A stretch of DNA of 64,000 nt. Origin: Planctomycetia bacterium TMED53 (GTDB lineage Bacteria > Planctomycetota > UBA8108 > UBA1146). Both the position numbers and the translations under genes were made by a program. Shown here piece by piece: positions 9,706 to 19,272 of the stretch. Each line of letters begins with the position of its first letter. Within the stretch, counting starts at the first letter, position 1. The stretch lies in assembly GCA_002167285.1 (NCBI GenBank), contig NHDG01000062.1, forward strand, positions 804-64,803. The letters are read 5' to 3'. The notes below the pieces were generated by a model that saw only the letters and a program-made list of their open reading frames with translations, was not told the DNA's origin and did no database searches.

Positions 9706-9939
9706 GTGGCAGAGGAGCTGAGAATGTTTGGCGAAGTGGCATTCGAACTTCAGTACATTACCACTGCCCAGCTCTACGAAGGTCTTGCCTTGCAGGCCCG
9801 TGACGAAGCCAGGGGGGAGCCCCATCGGTTTCTCGGTCAAATTTTGATCGAGTTGGGATACATGCGTGAAAAACAAGTCTTGGAAGTGCTGACAATCCTC
9901 CATGACCGCCCTCGTCAGGGTGTCGAAGAAATCGACTGA
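9706..9939 (+). CDS. Stand-alone MshEN-like mini-protein
   Basis: Two tandem motifs, RMFGEVAFELQYITTAQLYEGLALQ and RFLGQILIELGYMREKQVLEVL. Start is GTG 9706 or ATG 9724, each with an SD-like sequence. Confidence 0.7.
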   Translation: MAEELRMFGEVAFELQYITTAQLYEGLALQARDEARGEPHRFLGQILIELGYMREKQVLEVLTILHDRPRQGVEEID

Positions 9940-9941
9940 TC

Positions 9942-10949
9942 TTGTCGGAATCTGTGCTTCCACTTCCTAGGCCAATCCTTCAAATCCTTGAAAAGTTTTG
10001 GCGATGGGGTGTCGTTCAAAAGCGCAGGAAAGATGGTCGGAGAATCCGATCGGGTGAGTGGCCCTTAAAACTTCCTGTGCCCGTGATCAGTGTTGGGAAT
10101 ATCACTGTCGGAGGGACGGGAAAGACACCGACCGTCATCGCATTGGCTCGAGCGTGGCAGCAACAAGGAGGGCATCCAGGCATCCTCAGCAGGGGCTATC
10201 GATCGGGCCCTGACGGCAACGATGAGTATCGAATGCTGAAAGAAGCGCTTCCCCTCGTACCCCACGTTCAGCATAAGGATCGATTTCACGCAGGAAAATT
10301 GCTGCTCTTGAATCACCCGGAGACAGATTTGATTCTCCTGGATGACGGTTTTCAGCACCGGCGACTTTACAGGGATCTCAATCTATTACTTTGTGACGCC
10401 AGTGATCCTTTTGGTGGAGGATATTGTCTTCCTCTCGGTCGTTTGCGTGAGCCGGTAGATGCCGTGAAGCGTGCGGGTCATATCTTGTTGACTCGTGCAG
10501 AACGGTGCCGTGCGGATTGGCTGGATCAGGTCTCTGCTTACTTCAGGCAGAATCACCCCGATATTCCAGTGAGTCGATGCGCAACGACGGCAACAGGTCT
10601 GGAGACTCTCGACGGCGATCATGTATCGAATCCAGATGTCGGTCACTGGTTGGCATTTTCAGCGATCGGAGATCCTTCGGGGTTTCGACACACGCTTGAA
10701 AAATTCGGGTTGAAGGTCGCCAAAGAAGTCCGTTATCGAGATCATCACCACTTTTCGGCTCTCGATATGAGTCGTCTGGCCAGCACTGCAAATAAATCTG
10801 ACTGTACAGGCCTTGTCTGTACCGCCAAGGATGCCGTTAAAGTGAGGGAATTGGAGCTTCCGGCTGAAGTTCGCCAACGGATTCATGTTCTCGGTATCGA
10901 TCTCGATCTGCCCGCAGAGACGATTCTCCGTGGGTTCAATCGCGATTAG
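9942..10949 (+). CDS. lpxK: Tetraacyldisaccharide 4'-kinase
   Basis: PVISVGNITVGGTGKTP, LSRGY, LLDDGFQH, LPLGRLREP, DHH, CTAKDAVK. Confidence 0.95.
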   Translation: MSESVLPLPRPILQILEKFWRWGVVQKRRKDGRRIRSGEWPLKLPVPVISVGNITVGGTGKTPTVIALARAWQQQGGHPGILSRGYRSGPDGNDEYRMLKEALPLVPHVQHKDRFHAGKLLLLNHPETDLILLDDGFQHRRLYRDLNLLLCDASDPFGGGYCLPLGRLREPVDAVKRAGHILLTRAERCRADWLDQVSAYFRQNHPDIPVSRCATTATGLETLDGDHVSNPDVGHWLAFSAIGDPSGFRHTLEKFGLKVAKEVRYRDHHHFSALDMSRLASTANKSDCTGLVCTAKDAVKVRELELPAEVRQRIHVLGIDLDLPAETILRGFNRD

Positions 10950-10976
10950 TACCGCGGATTAACACTCCAGGGAGGC

Positions 10977-11005
10977 GTGAACTTGTTTCCCCTCTCTGAT
11001 AGCAT
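10977..11005 (+). promoter_or_regulatory. Possible extended -10 promoter
   Basis: TG-A-TAGCAT at 10997-11005 with weak -35 GTGAAC 17 nt upstream, followed by RBS AGGAGG. Confidence 0.35.
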
Positions 11006-11030
11006 CTGGCAGTAACCAGGAGGAGATTCA

Positions 11031-11984
11031 ATGAACCAGGAGAATCGCTGGCAGCCGCTCGATCTGGAAAGTGTTCAAGCCACTCCTATTCGAGAGCGAA
11101 AAAACATCGTTTCGCGGAACCAGTTCAGGCCGCCTTGCTCACCGGATGCCAGCTTCGAGGAATGGTTGGATTCATTGCCATCGATCCTCGCTGCAGATGA
11201 ACTCAAGGCCGCCGTCGAAGCGGTATTTGCATCTCGGGAAGCGAATGCTCCTGTGGTCGCAGCTCTCGGAGGGCATGTCGTCAAGGTCGGCATGGGGCCG
11301 ATCCTCATCGATCTGATGGAGAGAGGGTTCATCCATGCGATTGCCATGAATGGTGCTACGGCAATCCATGACCTCGAGCTGGCGATGATCGGCGAAACTT
11401 CAGAGGATGTGGCAACCCATATTGCTGACGGTTCATTCGGAATGTCTGCAGAGACCGCCGAAGCTTTCCGTGAAGCTGCGACTTCCGGTGCAAAAGACGA
11501 GGGATTGGGTGCTGCCCTCGGTGAGTTGATTCTGCGTCAAGAGATGCCACATCGTGAAATTTCTATGCTCGCTAGTGCAAGACGGCTGGGGATCCCTGCC
11601 ACCGTTCACGTCGCCTTTGGAACAGATATCGTGCACATGCATCCTGGAGTTGCTGGTGCGGACATGGGAGCTGCCACCGCCATCGATTTTCAATTGTTGG
11701 CGGCAGTGGTTCATGACCTCGAAAAGGGTTGCTGGCTCAACATTGGCTCAGCGGTGGTGATGCCAGAGGTTTTCTTGAAGGTGGTCAACATCGCACGAAA
11801 CCTGGGTCAGGAGTTGGCGGGTGTGACCGCGATTAACTTTGACATGATTCCTCACTACAGAACCAGCCGAAACGTATTGCAAAGACCCGTTGAGCGCGGA
11901 ATCTCTTTGATCGGGCATCATGAGATCAACTTGCCCCTGTTCCGCATGGCTCTCCTGCAAAGATCATTGAAAGAGGCGCGATGA
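11031..11984 (+). CDS. Conserved uncharacterised protein, deoxyhypusine-synthase-like fold
   Basis: GGHVVKVG, MNGATAIHD, PATVHVAFGTDIVHMHP, LNIGSAVVMPEVFLK. Strong RBS and ATGA overlap with hldE. Confidence 0.7.
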   Translation: MNQENRWQPLDLESVQATPIRERKNIVSRNQFRPPCSPDASFEEWLDSLPSILAADELKAAVEAVFASREANAPVVAALGGHVVKVGMGPILIDLMERGFIHAIAMNGATAIHDLELAMIGETSEDVATHIADGSFGMSAETAEAFREAATSGAKDEGLGAALGELILRQEMPHREISMLASARRLGIPATVHVAFGTDIVHMHPGVAGADMGAATAIDFQLLAAVVHDLEKGCWLNIGSAVVMPEVFLKVVNIARNLGQELAGVTAINFDMIPHYRTSRNVLQRPVERGISLIGHHEINLPLFRMALLQRSLKEAR

Positions 11985-13489
11985 TCCCCGAAATCGATTC
12001 CCTGAAGATTGAAACACCAATTCTTGTGCTCGGTGATTTGATGTTGGATGAGTACCACTATGGGGATGTAGAGAGAGTTTCACCGGAAGCTCCGGTTCCG
12101 GTTGTCAATTCAAGTCAGCATGAGCGTAGGGTTGGCGGTGCTGGCAGTGTGGTTGCGAACCTGTCTGCACTAGGTGTGCCTACTCGGGTCTTTGGTATGA
12201 CAGGGGCGGATGAGTCCGGTGATTACATTCGCAATGCTCTATCGCAGTTGGGTGCGGATGTTTCGGACGTCATCATCTCGAATGATCGCCCGACGAGCTG
12301 TAAAACTCGTATCCTGGCTGGAGTTCAGCATGCAGGTCGCGGTCAGCAGCAAATCCTGCGACTCGATAGAGAAGAATCTCACCCATTGAGTCAGGATGAG
12401 TTGGCGGATTGTCGCAAGGCTCTCGCAGGAATCCTTGAAGAACCGATCTCCATCATCCTGGTTTCCGATTACGAAAAAGGGTTACTCGGGCAAGAGATCA
12501 TGGAGGATCTACTCCAGCGGGCACGTGAAAAAGGGATCCCTGTTCTCGTCGATCCCGGAAGATCTGGTGATTGGGAGCGTTATCGGGGGGCAACTCTCAT
12601 TTGTCCTAATCGATACGAGGCCTCGACAGCGAGCGGATTGGATGTGGGTGAGGAGGCTTCTGATCATGCTCGAGTCGGTGAGGTCTTAGTTGAGAAGCTG
12701 CAGTTAGATCATTGTATCCTGACCTTGGACAGGGACGGGATCACTCGGATTTCAAAGGGGGGTGGATTACGTCGCCACCCGACTAAAGTTCAAGCGGTCA
12801 CCGATGTCGCCGGTGCCGGTGACATGGTTTTGTCGCTTCTAGGGTTAGCCCTCGCTTCTGGCTGGAGCATCGACGAAGCATGTCAATTGGCGAACCTTGG
12901 CGCTGGCTTGGAGATTCGTAAGGTCGGTGTTCAACCGGTTGAGCGTTGGGAACTCTCTGCGGAACGGGATGCGCTTTGTGGTTTGCCCATCGATATCGAC
13001 CATTCGACTGAAGAGATGGTTCAAATCATGAACCAGTATCGTTCAGCAGGTCAGACGGTGGTCTTTACCAATGGTTGCTTTGATCTGCTCCACTCAGGGC
13101 ATCTGCAACTTTTGGAGGCTGCAAGAGCGTACGGAGATGTTCTCATCGTGGGGCTCAACTCGGATGAATCGGTGAGTCGTCTCAAGGGGCCTGAACGACC
13201 GATACTTCCAGCCTCAGAGAGGGCGCGATTACTGGGAGCGCTGTCTAGCGTAGATCATGTGGTCATCTTTGATGAGGACACCCCTGAATCGCTGATCGGC
13301 GATTTGCTGCCGGATGTCCTGGTTAAGGGAGCTGACTACGCCATCGAAGAGGTGGTCGGTAGGGAGGCGGTTGAGGCCGCAGGAGGCCGGGTAGAGACGG
13401 TCACCCTCAAACCGGGTTTCTCGACCACCGGGCTGATCGAGCAGATCAGAAGCGGGGCTCGTTCTTGCCCCAAACCCTCTGAAGGCTAG
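11981..13489 (+). CDS. hldE: Bifunctional heptose-7-phosphate kinase / heptose-1-phosphate adenylyltransferase
   Basis: PfkB domain (GDLMLDEY.YG.VERVSPEAPVPV, DVAGAGD) plus cytidylyltransferase domain (FTNGCFDLLHSGH, GLNSD, KGADY, STT). Confidence 0.95.
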   Translation: MIPEIDSLKIETPILVLGDLMLDEYHYGDVERVSPEAPVPVVNSSQHERRVGGAGSVVANLSALGVPTRVFGMTGADESGDYIRNALSQLGADVSDVIISNDRPTSCKTRILAGVQHAGRGQQQILRLDREESHPLSQDELADCRKALAGILEEPISIILVSDYEKGLLGQEIMEDLLQRAREKGIPVLVDPGRSGDWERYRGATLICPNRYEASTASGLDVGEEASDHARVGEVLVEKLQLDHCILTLDRDGITRISKGGGLRRHPTKVQAVTDVAGAGDMVLSLLGLALASGWSIDEACQLANLGAGLEIRKVGVQPVERWELSAERDALCGLPIDIDHSTEEMVQIMNQYRSAGQTVVFTNGCFDLLHSGHLQLLEAARAYGDVLIVGLNSDESVSRLKGPERPILPASERARLLGALSSVDHVVIFDEDTPESLIGDLLPDVLVKGADYAIEEVVGREAVEAAGGRVETVTLKPGFSTTGLIEQIRSGARSCPKPSEG

Positions 13490-13502
13490 GATACATTCTT
13501 GT

Positions 13503-13559
13503 CCCGGGATTCCCGAAATCCCTCTCGATCCCATTCGAGCCCATTCGAGCCCTTTTTTT
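13503..13559. repeat. Six CCC tracts including a 10-nt tandem repeat, followed by T7; G-quadruplex pattern on minus strand
   Basis: CCC at 13503, 13512, 13520, 13530, 13540 and 13550 (spacers 5-7 nt). CCATTCGAGC occurs twice in tandem. Confidence 0.75.
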
Positions 13560-13637
13560 ATTGGAAGTCGTCCTCGCTGAAGACTGTTTCGGAGTCCTTC
13601 ATCAGGTGATTTTCAGCACTGAGCACGGGGAGTAATC

Positions 13638-14993
13638 ATGACTGAAGAGACACGAGATCGTGCCTCAGCGGCGACGATGTTCGGTCGCATCGTTCTCAAA
13701 AACAAATTGGTCGATGAAGCCACTTTGAAGCAGGTGATGGCAGCCTTGCCTGACGGGGGAGATCTTGGAGAAGCCCTCGTCTCTCAGGGACTGATCTCTG
13801 CACAGCATGCAACGACAATTCAGAAGAAGATTGCTGAACGCATGGGGAATGCGGCAGCCGGTTCGTCGGCAACGACAGCAGCCTCTGCCAAGGGGAGTGG
13901 ACCTACAGTCGCTGATATCGAGCGAATGGACTTCAGCGACATGAGTGGAAAGCCGATCTCTGATTACTTACGCAGGGCGCGAGAGTTCGGCTGCTCAGAT
14001 TTCCATTTCCAGGTCGATTCGGCTCCTCTGGTTCGCCTTCATGGGCAACTGATTCGTCTCAAGCACCCAGCTCTTAGCGCAGAGGATACAGAGAATGCCA
14101 TTCGTACCCTTCTCAATGAAGAGCAGTGGCGTGAATTGGAAGAACATCTCGATATCGATTTTTGCCTGGAGACTGAAGATCACGGACGCTATCGAGCGAA
14201 CTGTTACCAGCAGCGCAAAGGTAAAGAAGCCATCTTTCGCCTGATACCAGAGAAGGTGCCGACTCTTGAAGAGCTGCGACTCCCGAATGTTCTCCGTGAG
14301 TTTACCCAATACAACCAGGGTATCGTCCTGGTGACAGGCCCATCCGGTTGCGGAAAGTCCGCAACCTTGGCCGCATTGGTCGGAATGATCAACCAGGATC
14401 GCCATGATCACATCGTGACCGTTGAAGATCCGATTGAATACATCTTCGAGCCAGCTGGATCAAACATCAATCAGCGTCATGTGCGTCGTCATACGGAGAG
14501 TTTCCATTCTGCGCTGAGATCGGCGATGCGTGCCGACCCTGATGTGATCATGGTTGGTGAGATGCGTGACGTCGAAACGATTTCGATGGCGATCACTGCT
14601 GCAGAGACCGGTCACCTGGTTTTGGCCACTCTGCACACGACGAATGCGGTGAGATCCCTGGATCGTCTTATCGATGTGTTCCCGCCACGAGAGCAGGAAC
14701 AGATCAGGGCGATGGTCTCCGAATCGATGCGGGGGGTCGTTTCGCAGCAGCTGTTGCCACGGAAAGACGGATCTGGTGTTGAGCCAGCTCTGGAAATCAT
14801 GTTTGCAACACCTGCTGTAGGTAACCTGATTCGCGAAAACAAAACTTTCCAATTGCCCTCTGTTCTGCAAACCGGTCGTAAGCAGGGGATGATCACGATG
14901 GACGATTCGATTCGTGAACTGCTGAAGAAGGGCGTGATCACGCCTGAGGTGGCCCGCTATCATGCGGAAGATCCCTCGACGATGAAGGGTTAG
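13638..14993 (+). CDS. pilT: PilT-family retraction ATPase with MshEN-like N-terminal extension
   Basis: GPSGCGKSAT, TVEDPIEY, DVIMVGEMRD, TLHT, AVGNLIRE. About 90 extra N-terminal aa with FGRIVL.../LGEALVSQGLIS. Confidence 0.88.
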   Translation: MTEETRDRASAATMFGRIVLKNKLVDEATLKQVMAALPDGGDLGEALVSQGLISAQHATTIQKKIAERMGNAAAGSSATTAASAKGSGPTVADIERMDFSDMSGKPISDYLRRAREFGCSDFHFQVDSAPLVRLHGQLIRLKHPALSAEDTENAIRTLLNEEQWRELEEHLDIDFCLETEDHGRYRANCYQQRKGKEAIFRLIPEKVPTLEELRLPNVLREFTQYNQGIVLVTGPSGCGKSATLAALVGMINQDRHDHIVTVEDPIEYIFEPAGSNINQRHVRRHTESFHSALRSAMRADPDVIMVGEMRDVETISMAITAAETGHLVLATLHTTNAVRSLDRLIDVFPPREQEQIRAMVSESMRGVVSQQLLPRKDGSGVEPALEIMFATPAVGNLIRENKTFQLPSVLQTGRKQGMITMDDSIRELLKKGVITPEVARYHAEDPSTMKG

Positions 14994-15000
14994 GGGAGTC

Positions 15001-16065
15001 ATGAGTACCGAACAAATCGACAAGCTTTTGAAGATGATCAAGGAACTGGACGGTTCCGACCTTCACGTCAGTGCTGGAATGCCGCCGAAGATTCGTGTTC
15101 ATGGCCATCTCCGCCCAGTGACCAAAGAGCCTCTGACTGCAAAGCAAACAGAGCAGTTACTCATGCCGATGCTCGATGAGAAGAGACGGCAACACCTGAC
15201 AGAGAAAAACGATCTCGATTGGGCCTACGCCATGCCAGGTGTGGCGCGCTTCCGCTGCAGTTTCTTCCGCCAGCAGCATGGATTGGCGGGGGTTTTCCGA
15301 ATGATTCCGGAAGAGATTCTTCCTGTTTCTGCATTGGGAGTACCTACCCATATCGAAAAGTTTTGTCACTTGCGACATGGGCTGGTGCTGTGCACGGGGC
15401 CGACGGGAAGTGGTAAATCGACAACCCTTGCCGCGCTCATCGATTACATCAATCAGAACCAATCGCGGCACATTGTGACCATCGAAGAGCCCATCGAATT
15501 CGTGCACAGCAATAAGAAGTCCCAGATTACCCAGCGTGAAGTGGGCATCGATTCGGAATCCTTCGCTAAGGCTCTACGCTCAGTAGGAAGACAAGATCCC
15601 GACGTGATTCTCGTCGGTGAACTTCGAGACCTCGAGACGATTAGTTTGGCGATCACCGCGGCTGAGATGGGATATCTCGTCTTTGCCACCTTGCACACCA
15701 ATAGTGCCGCGAAGACTGTCGATAGGATCATCGACGTCTTCCCAGAAGAACAACAGAATCAGGTGAGAACGATGCTCTCCTGTTCGTTAAAAGGAATCAT
15801 TGCGCAGTTGCTGATCCCAAAAAAGGACGGCAAGGGGCGGGTTGTCGTCAACGAGTTACTGTTCCATGACGGGGCATTGCCAAACATCATTCGTGAGGGA
15901 GCGGTCCATAAGATCGTATCTCTCATTGAAGGTGGTCGCGGCAAAGGGATGCAATTGATGGACGATGCCATTCTGGCCCGACTCAAGGAGGGATCGATCT
16001 CCGCAGAAAATGCCTACCGTTGGGCAGCGGAGAAGAAAAAGTTCCAGCATCTGCTGAAGGGCTGA
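15001..16065 (+). CDS. pilT: Second PilT/PilU-family ATPase
   Basis: GSDLH, GPTGSGKSTT, TIEEPIEF, DVILVGELRD, TLHTNSA, ALPNIIRE. Confidence 0.88.
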   Translation: MSTEQIDKLLKMIKELDGSDLHVSAGMPPKIRVHGHLRPVTKEPLTAKQTEQLLMPMLDEKRRQHLTEKNDLDWAYAMPGVARFRCSFFRQQHGLAGVFRMIPEEILPVSALGVPTHIEKFCHLRHGLVLCTGPTGSGKSTTLAALIDYINQNQSRHIVTIEEPIEFVHSNKKSQITQREVGIDSESFAKALRSVGRQDPDVILVGELRDLETISLAITAAEMGYLVFATLHTNSAAKTVDRIIDVFPEEQQNQVRTMLSCSLKGIIAQLLIPKKDGKGRVVVNELLFHDGALPNIIREGAVHKIVSLIEGGRGKGMQLMDDAILARLKEGSISAENAYRWAAEKKKFQHLLKG

Positions 16066-16069
16066 TCGT

Positions 16070-17110
16070 TTGCAATCGGGTACGAGATTTCTCGTCCGCA
16101 TGCCAACTTGGGTTGGAGACGCCGTCATGGCGACTCCTGCTCTCAGGGGATTGAGGCGTCGATTTCCAGATGCTTCAGTCTCTTTGATGGGTGGGGGGCA
16201 TCTCGAGCCTCTACTCGCGGACGCCAACCTTTTTGACGAATGGATCCCTGTTGCGAAGGGGAACAACAAGGTTCGTCAGAACATCGAGTCGATTCAGGCT
16301 GGCCGCTACGACGTCGCTGTGCTCTTTCCACATTCATTTCGCACTGCCTACGAAACCTGGCGTGGGGGAGTCCCACGCCGAATCGGTATGGCGCGGCAAT
16401 GGCGCAGCCTATTGCTGACCGATCCGCTGAAGATGCCTCAATTAGCTCCAGAGCGTCGCGCTTATCCCATGCATCACGAATATTTGGAGGTCGTGGCTAC
16501 TCTCGGTGTTGAAGGCGATGGCATCGGTTCCCGTCTATCGGCGTCTCCTGCTTGCCGAGATCGGGCTCAGCAACGTTTACAGAGTCTCAAGTGCGATCCT
16601 TCACGTCCGTGGGTTGGACTCCATCCAGGGGCCGCATTTGGACCCTCAAAAATCTGGCCCCTCGATCGCTTGGCAGAGGTCGCTCGCCAGTTGCAAGACG
16701 AGGATGACTGTGAACTGGTGATCACCTGTGGACCTGGTGAGGAAGAATTGGCCAAAGATCTGGAGTCCCAGATCGGCAGGGAAGTGACGAATTTGGCAAA
16801 TGCCCTTTGGCCTTTGGATGAACTCAAGGTGCTGATGGAAAAGTTTGCGCTTCTCATCACTGGTGATACAGGCCCACGCCATATCGCAGCAGGAATGGGA
16901 ACACCCCAGGTTGTTTTGATGGGGCCTACGAGTCCCGACTATACCGATGCTTTCCTGCAGACCACCACGGTTTTACGCAAGGATGTGGAGTGTAGCCCTT
17001 GTCAAAAGAAGGTGTGCCCCCTGGGGCATCACGATTGCATGACAGCCATTGCTCCCGATGAAGTCTTGGCCGCAGCTCGCAAATGGCTAGCGGCCTCTCA
17101 CTCCCATTGA
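16070..17110 (+). CDS. waaF: LPS heptosyltransferase II
   Basis: VRMPTWVGDAVMATP, GAAFGPSKIWP, DTGPRHIA, C-terminal CSPC..K.C..GHH.CM. Confidence 0.88.
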   Translation: MQSGTRFLVRMPTWVGDAVMATPALRGLRRRFPDASVSLMGGGHLEPLLADANLFDEWIPVAKGNNKVRQNIESIQAGRYDVAVLFPHSFRTAYETWRGGVPRRIGMARQWRSLLLTDPLKMPQLAPERRAYPMHHEYLEVVATLGVEGDGIGSRLSASPACRDRAQQRLQSLKCDPSRPWVGLHPGAAFGPSKIWPLDRLAEVARQLQDEDDCELVITCGPGEEELAKDLESQIGREVTNLANALWPLDELKVLMEKFALLITGDTGPRHIAAGMGTPQVVLMGPTSPDYTDAFLQTTTVLRKDVECSPCQKKVCPLGHHDCMTAIAPDEVLAAARKWLAASHSH

Positions 17111-17179
17111 TCTGCAACGATGAAAGAAAATGTCAGGGACTCTTCGTCCTGCTGAGTTCTATCCTTGCTCTACGCGCCT

Positions 17180-18271
17180 CTATTTTTTGACCAACGATTC
17201 CGCAATTTGATGGGCGATAGAAATCATTGTCGAAGCCAGCGATCCGTCAGGCTGACTGACCATCACTGGATTTCCACTGTCACCCTGGATTGCGGTAGTT
17301 GGTTCTAGAGGAATTTGACCAAGGAATGGCACCGAATAGCGTTGGGAGATACCTTCTCCGCCTGCGCCAGGGAAGATTTCGGTCACATGATCACAATTCG
17401 GGCATTGGAAGTAACTCATGTTTTCGATGACTCCAAGAATCGGAACACTGGTCCGCTGGAACATCTGAATGCCTCGTTGAACATCCAGTAGTGCAACGTC
17501 TTGGGGTGTCGTCACGATGACTCCGCCCGCAAGGGATAGAGATTGAACCAAGGTCAGTTGTGCATCCCCCGTGCCAGGAGGCAAGTCGAGGACCAAGTAA
17601 TCCAGTTCTCCCCATTCGACCTGGAAGAGAAATTGTCGCAGTAATCCTGTCACCATGGGACCTCGCCAAATTACCGGCGAATCTTCTTCCAAGAGATATC
17701 CGATGGACATCGTCTGTAGGCCGTGAGATTCGATGGGCAAGATCGTCTCTCGTTCAGTCGCTTGGGGTCGGTCCTCTTCGGTTCCGAGCATCTTTGGTGT
17801 CGAGGGACCGTAGACGTCGGCATCGAGTAGACCTACCTTTTTGCCGATCTTTTGCAATGCCATGGCGAGATTCACGGCTACCGTCGACTTGCCCACTCCG
17901 CCTTTTCCACTGGCGACTGCGATGACGTGTTTGACTCCAGGAATATCTTGCGCACCGACCGTATTGGGCCCGGGGCCCTGCGCGCCTTGGGTGGGGGATT
18001 CTTCAGCTGAAGATTCAGGTTTCTTGTGAAGAACGGTGACCTTTTGAACCCCATCAATTTGGCCGATCTCTTCCTCGAGACGTTCACAGACCGATCCTTG
18101 TTGATTGGTCAACTCTGGCGGAAATTCGACGACGAGGGTGATTTCTCCTTCATGAGCGATGACTCGTTGGACCAATCCTGCTTGAACCACGTTTCCGGGG
18201 GTTCCAGGCAGCGGAATTTCGGCGAGAGTCGATTGGATCTGTTCGAGGACTCGAGCCTTGTCAAAAGCCAT
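17180..18271 (-). CDS. mrp: Mrp/ApbC (NBP35) Fe-S cluster carrier ATPase
   Basis: ASGKGGVGKST, DADVYGP, WRGPM, DLPPGTGD, ENMSYFQCPNC. Start at ATG 18271 after RBS AGGAG. Confidence 0.93.
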   Translation of the reverse strand: MAFDKARVLEQIQSTLAEIPLPGTPGNVVQAGLVQRVIAHEGEITLVVEFPPELTNQQGSVCERLEEEIGQIDGVQKVTVLHKKPESSAEESPTQGAQGPGPNTVGAQDIPGVKHVIAVASGKGGVGKSTVAVNLAMALQKIGKKVGLLDADVYGPSTPKMLGTEEDRPQATERETILPIESHGLQTMSIGYLLEEDSPVIWRGPMVTGLLRQFLFQVEWGELDYLVLDLPPGTGDAQLTLVQSLSLAGGVIVTTPQDVALLDVQRGIQMFQRTSVPILGVIENMSYFQCPNCDHVTEIFPGAGGEGISQRYSVPFLGQIPLEPTTAIQGDSGNPVMVSQPDGSLASTMISIAHQIAESLVKK

Positions 18272-18616
18272 AATTTTCTCCTGAATCTGACTTGTGTGAC
18301 ACGATCGAATCGGCAGCCCATTGTAACTGGTGTCGTCGATCCCAATCGTCGCTAGGGGCAAAGCCGATGATTAAACCAGACGGCATTCTCCACCATTCTC
18401 AGGGTTTGGGGTTAGTGAAATCAGCGATAATTACCTGATGTCAGACATGTTAGACGCTGATTCGGCAATTCGAGCTGACTCTGCATTGGTGGAATCCTAC
18501 CTTTTGTGACGCAAATGGCCCTTATTGAGATGAAATCGAGCTTGTCGTCCAAGGGATAGATAAGATCTGGATGTCGAGGGAAGAGCTTTATTAAACCGCT
18601 CTATGGGGAGTAAAAA

Positions 18617-19000
18617 ATGGCAGATTTTAAATTTATTGATGCGGCTTTTCTCGACGCTCACCTTCGATCTACAGGTGGTCTCCAGCTGGTACATTTTGGC
18701 AGCTCATTGGTCACTTCGTGCAATTTTATGCGTCGTAGCTTGTCGATCATCTCTCCTGAATTTCAGGGAACACTGCCCATGATCGAGGTCGAGTTACAAT
18801 TGACACAGGTGGATGTGGTTCAACGATATCAAGTTCGATCATTGCCCACAATTTTGGTCTTTAACGGGATTGAAGTGGTCGAGCGCCTCGAGCGAATCCT
18901 TCTTCCTGCTGAACTTCGACAGTTTTTACAGGACACCGTCTCCTTTCACTCGATTCCACAGCGATTGCCAAAATCGGAAGATAAGGGCCCCTCAAGTTAA
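18617..19000 (+). CDS. Thioredoxin-fold protein lacking CxxC
   Basis: LVHFGSSLVTSC at the active-site position, VVQRYQVRSLPTILVF cis-Pro loop. RBS GGGGAG. Confidence 0.7.
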   Translation: MADFKFIDAAFLDAHLRSTGGLQLVHFGSSLVTSCNFMRRSLSIISPEFQGTLPMIEVELQLTQVDVVQRYQVRSLPTILVFNGIEVVERLERILLPAELRQFLQDTVSFHSIPQRLPKSEDKGPSS

Positions 19001-19272
19001 AGAAACTCCTCTTTAGCCCTTCATCAGCGACTTCCTCTCAGTTCTTCCTTATCTCAGCGTTTTCTCCGTGAGATGTGTGGGAAATCGCCAATATTTTTGG
19101 GAATCCGATTTGTGGTCCTCAATTTTCCGGGAACTCCCATAGACTTTTCGGCGTCTTTATAAACGTCGGCTCAGATGAAAGAGTTGACCGTTTGCGAACA
19201 CAAAATCGGTTCGTAGGCCGCTGTAACGCGTTGTCAAGCGTCATGTTAAGTAGACATAAGCTCTCTAATGAG

